A DNA stretch of 63,812 nt, filler included, from Licmophora abbreviata (lineage: Eukaryota): the NCBI GenBank assembly GCA_900291995.1. It is 23 parts of 23 records of this genome, joined end to end, with 100 filler letters (N's around TTAATTAATTAA, not from the genome) between each part and the next. Parts side by side here need not be neighbours in the genome. Positions count along the whole stretch, not along the records: positions 32,374 to 33,726 come from OLMU01006063.1; positions 33,827 to 36,884 come from OLMU01006064.1; positions 36,985 to 38,301 come from OLMU01006066.1; positions 38,402 to 40,829 come from OLMU01006067.1; positions 40,930 to 43,458 come from OLMU01006069.1; positions 43,559 to 46,144 come from OLMU01006071.1; 17 more parts are not named here. The stretch is one strand, 5' to 3'. The notes below the pieces were generated by a model. It saw only the letters and a program-made list of their open reading frames with translations. It did not search any database and was not told the origin of the DNA. Below are positions 32,919 to 45,909 of this stretch, piece after piece. Each line of letters opens with the position of its first letter. Positions within the stretch are counted from its first letter, which is position 1. A program made the position numbers and the translations under genes.

Positions 32919-32991
32919 GGGGGCTCTGCCCCCGCAGGTCAAATCCGAGGGATTTGACCGCCTCCCCCGGGATATTTGTGGCCAGAAGAAA
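32919..32991 (+). repeat. Short intergenic palindromic repeat, copy 2
   Basis: GGGGGCTCTGCCCCC, internal hairpin GGTCAAATC/GATTTGACC, then GGATATTTGTGGCCAGAAGAAA. Confidence 0.65.
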
Positions 32992-33131
32992 CCCGGATCG
33001 CTGCGCAGGCTTCTGCGAAAATGCCACAATCATGCTGTCAAGGCATTGGTTTTGCTGGACGCACGCCGGGCGCTTGGGTAGATTCACGGTAAATCGGGAC
33101 GCAACGATCCCGAAGCTTGAGGCAGTAAAAG

Positions 33132-33726
33132 ATGTTTCCCGAGCGGTTTTCGAACCTACCGGCCTATGCGTTTCCGCGCCTGCGGAGCTTGCTCGACGCC
33201 CATGCGCCGGGCGGCGAGGTCTTGCATATGACCATCGGCGAGCCGACGCATCCTTTTCCCGACTGGGTGGGCGATGTGGTGGCCGAGCACGCGCATGAGT
33301 TTGGCCGCTACCCGGCGAACGAGGGCACGATCGAGCTGCGGCAGGCGATCTGCGACTGGACGCAGCGGCGCTATGGCGTGACGCTGGAGCCGGAGCGGCA
33401 TGTCATGGCGCTGAACGGCACGCGCGAGGGGCTCTATAATGCCATGATGGCGCTGTGCCCCGAAGAGAAGGCGGGCGGGCGGCCCGTGGTCTTGTTGCCC
33501 AACCCGTTCTACCAGGTCTACATGGTGGCGGCGTTGAGCGTGGGGGCGGAGCCCGTGTTGTTGCCGGCCACGCCCGAGACCGGGCATCTGCCGGATTTCG
33601 CGGCGGTTCCCGAGGCGGTGCTGGAGCGCACGGCGGTGGTTTATCTGTGCTCGCCCTCGAACCCGCAGGGGGCAGTGGCGAGTGCGTCCTATTGGCGCGA
33701 TCTCATTGGCTTGGCGGAGCGGCATG
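33132..33726 (+). CDS. Class I/II PLP aminotransferase (DapC-like), 3' truncated
   Basis: IGEP, NGTREGL, PNPFYQVY, CSPSNPQG. Confidence 0.85.
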
Positions 33727-33826
33727 NNNNNNNNNNNNNNNNNNNNNNNNNNNNNNNNNNNNNNNNNNNNTTAATTAATTAANNNNNNNNNNNNNNNNNN
33801 NNNNNNNNNNNNNNNNNNNNNNNNNN

Positions 33827-35792
33827 TGCCAAGATCGCGGATGTCATCAAGACCCGCGTACGTCAGAGCCCGGCGGTGCAGGTGCCATCGGTGGCGCCGC
33901 TTACCAAGGGGCGGGGCCGGGGGCCGGAACCTCTGGTGTTGAACACCGCGCGCAGCGCGGGAGGATTGCCGCCCGAGCCGCCGCTGACCGCCGCCCACGC
34001 CGCGATGCCCGCCGATCCATATCTGCAGGCCGATCCGTATGTGATGGTGGAGGAGCCCTATGGGTCGGACGATGCATACGACGCATACGATGCCTATGGG
34101 GCGGAGATGGAGTTGTCCGAGCCCGAGCGCGGCTATCAGACCGCGGAGGCGCCGAGGATTCCTGTGGCCGAGCCGAAAAAGGTCGTGCAGCACGCGCCGC
34201 GCCGCGCGCCGCAGCCCTCGACGCGGGCCTTGGCCGAGGCGCAGCCCCGGTTGCAATTCGAGGAGAGCGCGCAGGCCGATTACGACCTGCCGCCGCTGAG
34301 CCTTCTGTCCAGTCCCGAGAACATCACGCGGCATCATCTGAGCGATGATGCGCTCGAGGAAAATGCGCGGATGCTGGAGAATGTTCTGGACGATTATGGC
34401 GTCAAGGGCGAGATCGTCAGCGTGCGGCCCGGACCGGTGGTGACCATGTACGAGCTGGAGCCTGCACCGGGTCTGAAGGCGAGCCGGGTGATCGGGCTGG
34501 CGGATGATATCGCGCGCTCGATGTCGGCGCTGTCGGCGCGGGTTTCGACGGTTCCGGGGCGCAGCGTGATCGGGATCGAACTGCCCAACGATCACCGTGA
34601 GATGGTGAGTTTCCGCGAAATCCTGTCGAGCCGCGATTACGGCGATGGCAACCACAAGCTGCCGCTGGCGCTTGGCAAGGATATCGGCGGCGATCCGGTG
34701 GTGCAGAACCTGGCCAAGATGCCCCATCTGCTGATCGCGGGCACGACGGGGTCGGGCAAGTCGGTGGCGATCAACACGATGATCCTGAGCTTGCTTTACA
34801 AGCTGACGCCGGATGAATGTCGGCTGATCATGATCGACCCCAAGATGCTGGAACTGAGCGTTTATGACGGCATTCCGCATCTTCTGAGCCCGGTTGTGAC
34901 CGATCCCAAGAAAGCGGTCGTCGCCCTGAAATGGGTCGTGGCCGAGATGGAGGAGCGGTATCGCAAGATGTCCAAGATGGGGGTCCGCAACATCGACGGC
35001 TATAATGGCCGGGTGGCGGATGCGCAGCGCAAGGGCGAATTGTTCAGCCGCACGGTGCAGACGGGCTTTGATGACGAGACCGGGGAGCCCGTGTTCGAGA
35101 CCGAGGAATTCGCGCCCGAGAAGATGCCCTATATCGTCGTGATCGTGGACGAGATGGCCGATCTGATGATGGTCGCGGGCAAGGAGATCGAGGCCTGCAT
35201 CCAGCGTCTGGCGCAGATGGCGCGGGCCAGCGGTATCCACCTTATCATGGCGACGCAGCGCCCGTCGGTGGATGTCATCACCGGCACGATCAAGGCGAAC
35301 TTCCCGACGCGGATCAGTTTCCAGGTCACCAGCAAGATCGACAGCCGCACCATCCTGGGCGAGATGGGGGCCGAGCAGCTGCTGGGGATGGGCGACATGC
35401 TTTACATGGCGGGCGGCGGCAAGATCACCCGCTGCCACGGGCCGTTCGTCAGCGATGAAGAGGTCGAGGAGGTGGTCAACCATCTGAAAGCCTATGGCCC
35501 GCCGACTTATGTGAACGGTGTGCAGGATGGGCCGGACGAGGATCGTGCCGACAGTATCGACGCGGTGTTGGGGCTGAACACCGGCGGCAACACGGATGGC
35601 GAGGATGCGCTTTACGATCAGGCGGTCGCGATCGTCATCAAGGATCGCAAATGTTCCACCTCGTATATCCAGCGAAAGCTGGCGATCGGCTATAACAAGG
35701 CGGCAAGGCTGGTCGAGCAGATGGAGGAGCAGGGCGTCGTGACACCTGCCAACCACGTGGGCAAACGCGAAATCCTTGTCCCCGAGCAGTAG
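33827..35792 (+). CDS. ftsK: DNA translocase FtsK (5' truncated)
   Basis: [35 protein letters not shown]-terminal gamma domain. Confidence 0.96.
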
Positions 35793-35986
35793 GTTCGGCG
35801 GCGATACGCAGGCAAGCTCACGGCAAGATGATGCCACCGGCCCCAATGGGGGGCGGTGGCGGCCTTGATTACCGGCGCGCAGGCTCAGATATGTGATCGA
35901 TGCGCTGCATGATATCGCATATCACGCGGCAAGGGGGCATAAGCTGTGCTTGTCGTGACCCGCCGGATCGAGAGGAACGTGATCGC

Positions 35987-36595
35987 ATGAAAGCCTTGGC
36001 CATTCTGACATCCATCGCGCTGAGCGTGGCGATGGCGCTGCCTGCGGCGGCGGAAAAGCTGTCTCTCGGGGCGATCTCGGGCTATCTGAACGGATTGCAG
36101 ACGGCGCAGGGCGCGTTCACCCAGATCAATGATGATGGCACGATTAGCACCGGGCGCATCTATATCAAGCGGCCCGGACGGGTGCGGTTCGAATATGATC
36201 CGCCCGATCAGACGCTGGTGGTGGCGGATGGCGATACGGTGGGCATCGTCGATCCCAAGTCGAACACGGGGCCGGAAGCCTATCCGCTGCATCGCACGCC
36301 GTTGAAGATCATTCTGGCGCGGAATGTCGATCTGACGCGGGAGCGCATGGTCACCGGGCATGCAAGCGACGGCACAAGCACCACGATTCGCGCGCAAGAC
36401 CCCGACAATCCGGAATATGGCAGTATCGACCTTGTGTTCACCGCCGACCCGATAGAGCTGCGCCAATGGGTCATCAACGATAGCGGCGGTGGGCGCACCA
36501 CGGTCGTGCTGGGCGATTTGCGGACGGGCATGCAGTTGGCGAATGATCGGTTCGTCATTCCCGGCAAGGGCCCGGAGATCCGTCAGGACAGATAA
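35987..36595 (+). CDS. lolA: Outer-membrane lipoprotein carrier LolA family
   Basis: Signal peptide; FTQ, KRPGRVRFEY; downstream of ftsK. Confidence 0.88.
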   Translation: MKALAILTSIALSVAMALPAAAEKLSLGAISGYLNGLQTAQGAFTQINDDGTISTGRIYIKRPGRVRFEYDPPDQTLVVADGDTVGIVDPKSNTGPEAYPLHRTPLKIILARNVDLTRERMVTGHASDGTSTTIRAQDPDNPEYGSIDLVFTADPIELRQWVINDSGGGRTTVVLGDLRTGMQLANDRFVIPGKGPEIRQDR

Positions 36596-36647
36596 CCGCC
36601 GCGCCGGGCAGAGCCGGCATGGCGGTCATGAGGGCTGGGGGGCGTCG

Positions 36648-36884
36648 TCAGAAGACGCCAAAGCCCCGGCCATTGCAGGCCCGCAATTGCGCCTCGTACA
36701 TGCGGGAGCGATCCTCGACCCGGTCGGCCACGCGCAACAGCCATGGTTTGCTGTTATAGGTGCCGCGCGCAAAGCCGGTCCGGCCTTCGTGATAGGCGAG
36801 ATACTGGTTGCGCGTGTCGTTGAGCGCGATGCCGAGGCGGCGGTTGGACTGGGTCATGTACCAGCCCATGAAATCCGTCGCGTC
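36648..36884 (-). CDS. SLT-type lytic transglycosylase-like protein, C-terminal part
   Basis: DFMGWY...QYLAYHEG. Confidence 0.7.
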   Translation of the reverse strand, partial: DATDFMGWYMTQSNRRLGIALNDTRNQYLAYHEGRTGFARGTYNSKPWLLRVADRVEDRSRMYEAQLRACNGRGFGVF

Positions 36885-36984
36885 NNNNNNNNNNNNNNNN
36901 NNNNNNNNNNNNNNNNNNNNNNNNNNNNTTAATTAATTAANNNNNNNNNNNNNNNNNNNNNNNNNNNNNNNNNNNNNNNNNNNN

Positions 36985-37552
36985 TCGCCATCTGGCCGCA
37001 GAGGCTTAGGGTATTTGTCAGGAAAGTCGGGGTTTGCCAGCCCTGCCAAAGGAACAGGCCGCCAAGAACGGTTGCACCGACAAGCGGCTCTTTCAGGACC
37101 TTGAGCATCGACCCGCCGCCCGACACAAGCCAGATTCCGTAGGTGAACGAGCAGACCGCCATGACGGCAAAGACCACCACGGCATAGTCCAGCCCGATTT
37201 CGCCGAAGGCGAAGAGCGCCAGAGGCAGGCCCAGATTGCCCGTATTGCCGAAGATCAGCGGTGCCGTGTAGGTCCGGGTTTCCAGCCGCAGAGCGCGGGT
37301 CAGAAGCCATGTCGTTGCGGTCAGGGCGCCATAGCCGGCCACCGCAGCCGCCGACAGCGCCGTAAGGGCGGCGGGCGCGATCTCGGTCTGCATGAGCGAG
37401 ACGAAGATCAGGCAGGGCACCGACAGGGTCATCGCCATCCGTGTGACGAACTCCACGCGGTATTCGAATCCCAGTTTCACCCAGAGGAAACCGCAGGCCG
37501 CCAGCAAGAAAACCGGAGCGACGATTTCGAGGACTGTAAAGGCAAGGCTCAC
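36985..37552 (-). CDS. AEC family membrane transporter (3' truncated)
   Basis: Multiple TM segments; NTGNLGLP motif. Confidence 0.85.
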
Positions 37553-37637
37553 AAACTGTTTCCCGTGTTTTTGTCTTCTGGGGTTGGACAAACGCCCCTT
37601 GAAACCATTAGTCTTGGCGAGTAGGGGCTACAATGTG

Positions 37638-37964
37638 ATGATGAAAGCACGCGCTAAATATTCTCTGGGCCAAGTGGTCCGGCACAAGAAACACCCGTTC
37701 CGCGGGGTGGTTTTTGATGTCGATCCCGAATTCGCGAATACCGAGGAATGGTATCACGCCATCCCCGAGGACAGCCGTCCGTCGCGCCAGCAGCCGTTCT
37801 ATCATCTGTTGGCCGAAAACGAGCAGAGCTATTATGTGGCCTATGTCTCGGAGCAGAACCTGGTGGCGGATTATTCCGGGGAGCCGGTGGATCATCCCGA
37901 TATTCCGGATCTGTTCGGACCGTTCGAGGACGGTCACTATCCGCTGCATTTCCAACTGAATTGA
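37638..37964 (+). CDS. hspQ: Heat shock protein HspQ
   Basis: GQVVRH..FRGVVFDVDPEF..QPFYHLLAE..YVSEQNL. Confidence 0.92.
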   Translation: MMKARAKYSLGQVVRHKKHPFRGVVFDVDPEFANTEEWYHAIPEDSRPSRQQPFYHLLAENEQSYYVAYVSEQNLVADYSGEPVDHPDIPDLFGPFEDGHYPLHFQLN

Positions 37965-38017
37965 GCTTTTGAAATCAGGGCGAGGCGCGACCGATTGGCC
38001 GCGCCCCTGAGCCGTGA

Positions 38018-39625
38018 TCAGTAGCCGAGCGCGCAGCCATCCTTGCGCGGATCGCTGGCCCCTTCGAGCACGCCATCGGGACGGATGACGATGGCCTGAG
38101 CGCCGCCGATCGGACCCTTGGGCACGATGACGTCATGGCCCAGCTCGGCCAGTTCGGCACGCACGGTGTCGGCATAGCCGCTTTCGACGCGAAGCTGACC
38201 CGCCTCGGCATAGCTGCGGGGGGCGTCGAGCGCGGCTTGGGGCTGCATCCCGAAATCGCGCAGGTTCGACACGACACGGGCATGGCCGGTGGGCTGATAG
38301 GNNNNNNNNNNNNNNNNNNNNNNNNNNNNNNNNNNNNNNNNNNNNTTAATTAATTAANNNNNNNNNNNNNNNNNNNNNNNNNNNNNNNNNNNNNNNNNNN
38401 NCATCGGGCGCTTGCCGCCCGCCATCTCGTTGGGGTGGCCCGGTGTCAGGTTGAAGCCGCCCCCACGGTTCTGGAAGAGGACGCCGAATTTTTCCGACGC
38501 GATGCCCGAGCCGAAGCCGTGGAAGATCGAATAGATCAGCGACACGGCCATGCGGTCACGGTCCACCACGGTGATGTAGACGGTTTCGCGATGGACCTCT
38601 TCGGTGAGCGGGGCCGCGGCGGGCATGGCGTTCGATGGATCAATGAGGGCCGCCAGTTTGGCGGCGGTTTCCGGGGCGAGCATATGGGCCAGCCGCGTCG
38701 TATGATCGGGGTCCGCGATGATCCGGTTGCGCGCGTCATAGGCCAGTTTCGTGGCCTCGGCCTCGATATGGGCGCGCTGGCTGCCGAACGGGTCCATTCG
38801 CGCAATATCGAAATGTTTCAGGATGTTGAGCATCAGAATCGCGGTGGCACCGTGGCCATTGGGCGGATGCTCGACCAGATCGACGCCCTTGTAGTCGCCG
38901 GAGATGGGGGTGGTGTAATCGCAGGCGGTTGCGGCGAAATCATCGGCCGTGTGTACCCCGCCAAGGGCGATGAGAGCGGCAATCATATCCTCGGCCACGT
39001 CGCCCTTGTAGAACCCGTCGCGGCCCTGCGAGGCGATGCGGCGCAGCACCTCGGCCTGACCGGGGGCGCGGAACATCTGACCAACGCTCAGCGGTGCGCC
39101 CGCGTTGGAGAAATGGGTCAGGCCATGCCCCTGCAGCGCCTTGGCGGCGTCGGGCCAGTCGAAGGCCACACGGGGTGCCACGGGCACGCCGTCTTCGGCA
39201 TAGCGGATCGCGGGCGCCAGAAGCGCGTCGAGGCCCAGCTTGCCGTGATCGTCCGACAGGCGGCAGAAGGCGTCGATGGCGCCGGGGATGGTGACGGCGG
39301 CGGGGCTGTTGAGGGGCACGGTGTCATGGCCCTGATCGCGCAGGGCGGCGGCACTGGCGGCGGCGGGCGCACGGCCCGAGCCGTTGAGCGCGTGGATCTC
39401 ATCGCTGCCGGGTTTGGTGAACAGGGCAAAGCAATCGCCGCCGATCCCGGTCATCTGAGGCTCGCAAATGCCGAGAAGAACAGCGCCGGCGATGGCCGCG
39501 TCCATGGCGTTGCCGCCCCGTTCGAGAATGTCGATGGCGGTTTTTGCGGCCAGAGGGTGCGACGTGGCGCACATGCCGTTGGTGGCGTAGACGGCCGAGC
39601 GGCCGGGCAGGTGAAAATCGCGCAT
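38018..39625 (-). CDS. Gamma-glutamyltransferase family protein, interrupted by gap
   Basis: GGNAMDAA, GIGGD, ETVYITVVD, NRG, ASDPRKDG. Confidence 0.92.
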
Positions 39626-39971
39626 GGGAAATCCTTCATCCAGTGGCGAGGCGCAACTTAAAGCGTTGCGCGAAAAACCTGAATCACAGATTTTCGCGAA
39701 ATGCAGCGCTCCGTTCAATCGTTGCACGCGTTCCGCCTTCAGCTGATGCCTCAGGTTAAAGGCGCAACTTAGGCCCATGTCGCGCGGATGCCAATCGGAT
39801 GAGGGGGGGATTGAGAACCTCGACGCCGCGCACTGGGTGGGGGCTGTAAAACGCGGCGCCGAGGGAAGCCATATGCAGCTACAGGTTCATGTATGCCCGG
39901 CCTTTCAGGCAGCATTTCGGGTAGAATGGGGCAATACGGTGTCTTCGGCCCCGAAGGCCAGAAAATCGCTG

Positions 39972-40493
39972 TCAGGGTGTCGCAAATTCCAGGGTCAGAC
40001 GGTTTTCCGAGCCGTGGCGCACATAATCCACATGGTCTGTCAGGTCGCGAATCAGAAACCAGCCAAATCCGCCCTCGGGCAGATCGTCGATGGGCCGGTT
40101 CACATCCGGCGGCGCGCCGATCGGGGGGACAAGCCCCGGCAAGGGACGGCCCATATCGCGCAGCACGATGCACAGCCGGTCGCCATCATGGCGCGCATTC
40201 AGGGTGACCGGACCGGGCCGGGTTCCGGCATAGGCGTGTTCGGCGACGTTGTTCAGCGCCTCGGCCAGCACCAGTTCGATGGTGGCCAGCCGGTCCTCGG
40301 GCACAGGGAGGGTGGCCAGATGGCGACGGGCCTGCCGCAATGCTGTGCGGATATTGTCGGTGGCGCCGGAAAACCGCAGGGTCAGCTTTCCCTTCGTGGC
40401 CCGTGCGGGGGGCGCGCCGGAGCCCCGGTCCGAGCCGGAGCTGTCGCCCGAAGCAGAGCCCGAACCGGTTTCACTCGCTTTTGCCACGCCCAT
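39972..40493 (-). CDS. Anti-sigma factor (RsbW-like HATPase)
   Basis: EALNNVAEHA, D.G, EGGFGWFLI. Confidence 0.85.
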   Translation of the reverse strand: MGVAKASETGSGSASGDSSGSDRGSGAPPARATKGKLTLRFSGATDNIRTALRQARRHLATLPVPEDRLATIELVLAEALNNVAEHAYAGTRPGPVTLNARHDGDRLCIVLRDMGRPLPGLVPPIGAPPDVNRPIDDLPEGGFGWFLIRDLTDHVDYVRHGSENRLTLEFATP

Positions 40494-40500
40494 GGCGGGA

Positions 40501-40829
40501 TCAGCCCGCAGCACGAGACAGGCAATGCGTTGTATCGGCATGAATGGTGAACACGGTATCCATCCGGGTCAGGCGGAACACCTTTGCGACATCACGCGTC
40601 AACCCGGCCAGTTCAAGCCGCTTGCCGGTGGGCATTTGCTTGAGCGCGCCGACAAGCGCCCCAAGGCCGCTGGAATCGATGAAGGTGACGGCGGAGAGAT
40701 CGAGGATCACATGATCGGGGCCTGTTTCGGTCAAGCTGCGCATGAGATCCTTGAAGCGAATCGCGACGCCGGAATCGATCCGGGTTTCGCTAACGGCGAT
40801 GAGATTGATGTCATTGTTATAGGTGCTGT
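40501..40829 (-). CDS. STAS-domain anti-sigma factor antagonist (5' truncated)
   Basis: LDLSAVTFIDSSGLGALV. Confidence 0.9.
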
Positions 40830-40929
40830 NNNNNNNNNNNNNNNNNNNNNNNNNNNNNNNNNNNNNNNNNNNNTTAATTAATTAANNNNNNNNNNNNNNN
40901 NNNNNNNNNNNNNNNNNNNNNNNNNNNNN

Positions 40930-41071
<142 letters not shown>

Positions 41072-41117
41072 GGGGCTTGGCCCCCCGACCGATGATCCGG
41101 GTCGGGGGCGGTCCCTG

Positions 41118-43458
41118 TCAGGCTTTCACGCGCGCGCCGGTTGGATCGTAGAGCGGTTTGAGGCTGGCCTCGGCCTGTACGCGGGTGCCGGCGACATCGA
41201 TCTCGTAGCCGGAGGCGAGAAGCTGATCGGAGGTTTCGCCCTTGCAGGGGACGTAGCCCAACCCGATCGCCCCGCCCAGGTGGTGGCCGTAGCTGCCGGA
41301 ACTGAGGAAGCCCACGATCTGCCCGTCGCGAAGGATCGGCTCGTTATGATAGAGCAGCGGTTCGGGATCGGTCAGGCGGAATTGCATCATGCGGGTGTCG
41401 AGCCCTGCATCGCGCTTGCGCGCGACCGCGTCGCGGCCGATGAAATCGGGCTTGGTCTTTGACACCGCAAAGCCGAGACCGGCCTCGAGCACATGATCCT
41501 CGCAGGTGATGTCATGGCCGAAATGGCGAAAGCCCTTTTCGATGCGGCAGCTGTCCATCACATGCATCCCGCAGAGCTTCAGCCCGTGATCGGCGCCTGC
41601 CTCGATCAGGGTTTCGAAGACATGGCCGGCCATGTCGGCGGAGATGTAGATCTCCCAGCCCAGTTCGCCCACATAGGACACGCGATGCGCGCGCGCGAGG
41701 GCCATGCCGATCTCGATCTGGCGGGCCATGCCGAACGGGTGCGCGTCGTTGGAAAAGTCATTGGGCGAGACGGCGCGCATCACGTCGCGGGCCTTGGGGC
41801 CCATCACCGCGAGCACGGCCTCGGCGGCGGTGACATCGGTGATGACCGCCATGCGCCCCGAAAGATGGCGGCGCAGCCAGGTTTCATCGGCGAGCCGCGT
41901 GGCGGCGGGGGTGACCACCATCCAGGCGCTCTCGGACAGGCGGGTGACGGTGACATCGGCCTCGATCCCGCCACGGGGATTGAGGAACTGGGTATAGACG
42001 ATGCGGCCCACCGGTACCGAGATATCCGCGCCGCAGACATGGTTGAGAAACGTCTCGGCCTCGGGGCCTTCGACGCGCAGCTTGCCGAAGGAGGACATAT
42101 CATACATCCCCACGCCGCCCCGGATCGCGGCATGTTCGGCGGCGGCATTGGCGAACCAGTTCTGCCGGCCCCAGGAATAGGCATATTCGCGGTCCTGACC
42201 GGGGGTTGCGAACCAGTTGGCGCGTTCCCATCCCGCGATCTCGCCCATGACGGCGCCATGGTCGAGCAGATGGGCATGCAGCGGGCTGCGGCGCACGTCG
42301 CGCGCGGTGGCTTTCTGGCGGTAGGGGAAGTGATCGGCGTAAAGCAGCCCCAGCGTTTCGGTGGAGCGGCGCGCAAGATAGGTGCGGTTGCCCTGAAAGG
42401 GCTGCATGCGCGAGATGTCCACATCGCCCAGATCGAAGGGTTTCGCGCCATCCTCCATCCATTGCGCCAGCGCCATGCCCGCGCCGCCCGCTGACTGGAT
42501 GCCGATGGAGTTGAACCCGGCGGCGACCCATACATTGTCCATCTCGGGGCAGAGACCCAGATGATAGGCGTCATCGGGGGTGAAGGATTCAGGGCCGTTG
42601 AAGAAGGTGTGAATGCCCGCCTCGCCCAGCATGGGCATCCGGGTCACGGCCCATTCGAGGATCGGTTCGAAATGGTCGAAATCCTCGGGCAGCTGGTCGA
42701 ATTCGAAATCCGCGGGGATGCCCGAGAGCGCCCAGGGTTTCGAGACCGGCTCGAACGCGCCGAGCATCATCTTGCCGGCGTCTTCCTTGTAATAGGCGCA
42801 TTCATCGGGCACGCGCAGCACCGGCAGGGGGCCGAGGCCCGCGATCGGTTCGGACACGATGTAGAAATGCTCGCAGGCCTGCAGGGGCACGGTGACGCCC
42901 AGCATCGCGCCCAACTCGCGGCCCCACATGCCGGCGCAATTGACCACATGTTCGGTCTCGATATGGCCCGAGCGCCCATCTTCGGCCTGCCAGTCGACGC
43001 CGGTGATGCGCCGGCCCTGACGGGCGACGCCGGTGGCGCGGGTGCGCTCGGCCACCACCGCGCCGCGCAGGCGGGCGCCCTTGGCCATGGCCAGCGCGAT
43101 ATTGGCCGGATCGCCCTGACCGTCCTTGTCGAGATAGACCGCGCCGGTCACGCCCTCGATATTCAGATGGGGGTATTTGGCCTTGACCTCGGTGGGCGAG
43201 ATTTCCTCGACCGCGACGCCGAAGGCGCGGGCCATTGCGGCCTGTCGCCAGATTTCCTCGCGGCGTTCCTCGGTCAGGGCCACGGTGATCGAGCCCACGC
43301 GCTTGAACCCGGTGGCGACGCCGGTTTCGGCTTCGAGATTGCCGTAGAGTTCCTGCGAATATTTCGCGAGCTTCGTCATGTTCGCGGTGGCACGCAGCTG
43401 TGCGATGAGGCCTGCGGCGTGCCATGTGGTGCCGCAGGTGAGCTGCTTGCGTTCCAGC
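41118..43458 (-). CDS. GcvT-family FAD dehydrogenase (sarcosine/dimethylglycine dehydrogenase-like), 5' truncated
   Basis: TTWHAAGL, NGPESFTPD, GWERANWF, VSYVGELGWEI, CRIEKG. Confidence 0.9.
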
Positions 43459-43558
43459 NNNNNNNNNNNNNNNNNNNNNNNNNNNNNNNNNNNNNNNNNN
43501 NNTTAATTAATTAANNNNNNNNNNNNNNNNNNNNNNNNNNNNNNNNNNNNNNNNNNNN

Positions 43559-45883
43559 GCGGACCATGGCCAGCGCCACCGAGGCCCCGACCCGGTAGCC
43601 CCAGGCGCCCGATGTCGTCTCGCCGACGATCTGCCCGTCATGCCAGAGTGTCGACATATAGGGGGCGTCGGCCTCGGCTGCGTCGACGATCAGGGTGACG
43701 AAGCGCTTGGAAGGGCCACGCTGCTGTTCGGCGCGCAGGGCGGCCTTGCCGGGAAAGTCCTGAGGCTTGTCGAATTTGACGAACCGGTCGAGCCCGGCTT
43801 CGAGCATCGAATAATCGGTCGACAGATCGCCTTTCCAGGCGCGGTAGCCTTTTTCGATGCGCAGGGAATTGAGCGCATACATGCCGAAGGGTTTGGCCCC
43901 TGCCGCCAGCAGCGCGTCATAGATCGCGGGGATGGCGGCGTTCTCGGCGTGGATTTCCCAGCCCAGTTCGCCGGTGAAGCTGACGCGGATCAGGAAGGCC
44001 TTTTGCCCCGCCACGGTGCAATGCTGATGGCTGAGCCAGGGCAGCGAGAGATCGGCATCGGTGAGCGGGCCGAGAACCGCGCGGGAGGTGGGGCCAGCCA
44101 GCAGGAGCGCGTCGCGCTCGGTGGTGGTTTCGCGCAAGGTCAGCCCCTCGGGAAGCGCGCGGCGGACCAGCTCGCCGTCATGCCATTGGGCGGTGGCGGC
44201 GGTGATCAGCACGAAGCTGTCGGGCGCGAGGCGGATGCAGGAGAACTCGGTCAGGACACGGCCACGGGCATCGGCCACGTAGACGAGGTTCATGCGGCCC
44301 AGCTTGGGCAGGCCGCCGGTGACGAAGCCGCGCAGCCAGTCATCGGCGCCCGCGCCTTCGATCCAGAGGCGGGTGAAGCCGGGCAGGTCGAGCACGCCGC
44401 AGGCGTCGCGCACGGCGGCGCATTCTTCGGCGATGCGCGGCTCCCACGGGCCGGTGCGGTTCCAGGTCTGGGTCGCTTCTTCGGAGGTGTTGTCGCCGGG
44501 TTTGGCGAACCAGTTGGCGCGTTCCCAGCCGTTATAGGCGCCCATCACCCCGCCGAGGTCCTTGATGCGATCATGCACCGGCGACAGCTTGCGATCGCGG
44601 CCTGCGGGCCATTCGTGCCAGGGGAAATGCATCGCGTATTCATGGCCGTAGACCTCGAGCCCCTTCGCGATGCAGTAGTCGGTATCGGTGTAGTCGGTGT
44701 AGCGGCGCGGATCGCAGGCCCACATGTCCCATTCGGTGGCGCCTTCGCTGACCCATTCGGCCAGCACCTTGCCGGCCCCGCCGCCCTGAGCGATGCCGAA
44801 GGTGAAGACGCAGGCCTCGAACGCGTTGGGCACACCGGGCATCGGGCCGATCAGCGGCAGGCCATCGGGGGCATAGGGGATCGGGCCGTTGATCACCTTG
44901 TTGACGCCACCGGTGCCCAGAAGCGGCACACGGGCCATGGCGTCTTCGACATACCATTCGATGCGGTCGAGATCGTCGGGATAGAGCTGGAAGCTGAAAT
45001 CGTCGGGCATCGGATCCGAAGGGTCGACCCAATGCGCGCGGCCATGCCGTTCATAGGGGCCGAGGTTGAGCCCGTATTTTTCCTGCCGCAGATAATAGGA
45101 GCTGTCGACATCGCGCAGCAGGGGCAGCTTGTGACCGGCCTCGCGGCTCCAGGCTTCGAGCTCGGGGATTTCGTCGGTCAGAAGGTATTGGTGGCTCATC
45201 ACCATCATCGGCACCGTGCGCCCGCCGAAGGGCTTGAACCATTCGCCGACGCGCTGCGCATAGTATCCGGCGGCGTTGACCACGTAGTCGCAGCGGATGT
45301 CGCCCTTGTCGGTATGCACGATCCATTCGCCATTCTGGCGGCTGACGCCGGTGGCGGGGCAGAAGCGCAGGATGGTGGCGCCCATGTCGCGCGCGCCTTT
45401 GGCCAGCGCCTGCGTCAGCTGTGCGGGGTCGATATCGCCATCGTTGGGATCATAGAGCGCGCCTTGCAGATCGTGGGTTTCGATGAACGGGTAGCGGGCC
45501 TTGATCTCGTCGGTGGCGAGGATCTCGAGATCCATCCCCTGATAGCGGCCCATGCCGCGGGCGCGTTCGAATTCCTGCATGCGTTCGCGGCTATGGCCCA
45601 GCCGGATCGAGCCGGTCTGGTGGTAGTTCATCGGGTAATCCACCTCGTCGCCAAGGCGGGCATAAAGCTCGGTCGAATAGCGCTGCATGTTCATCACCGA
45701 CCACGAGGTCGAGAAGGTGGGCACATTGCCTGCCGCGTGCCATGTGGAGCCTGCGGTCAGCTCGTTTTTTTCCAGCAGCACGCTGTCGGACCATCCGGCC
45801 TTGGCCAGATGATAGAGACAGGATGCGCCCACGGCGCCGCCGCCGATGATGACCACGCGGGCTGTTGTTGGAAATTCGGCCAT
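43559..45883 (-). CDS. GcvT-family FAD dehydrogenase (dimethylglycine dehydrogenase-like), 3' truncated
   Basis: GGGAVG, GSTWHAAG, NGPIPYAPDG, SFTGELGWEI, LRIEKGY. Confidence 0.9.
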
Positions 45884-45909
45884 GGTTTGGTGCCTCCCCG
45901 TTCGGTTTT

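Noticed and set aside
41118..45883. DMSP demethylase DmdA
   Set aside because: Both proteins are ~800 aa with an N-terminal FAD domain; DmdA is a much shorter GcvT-only protein
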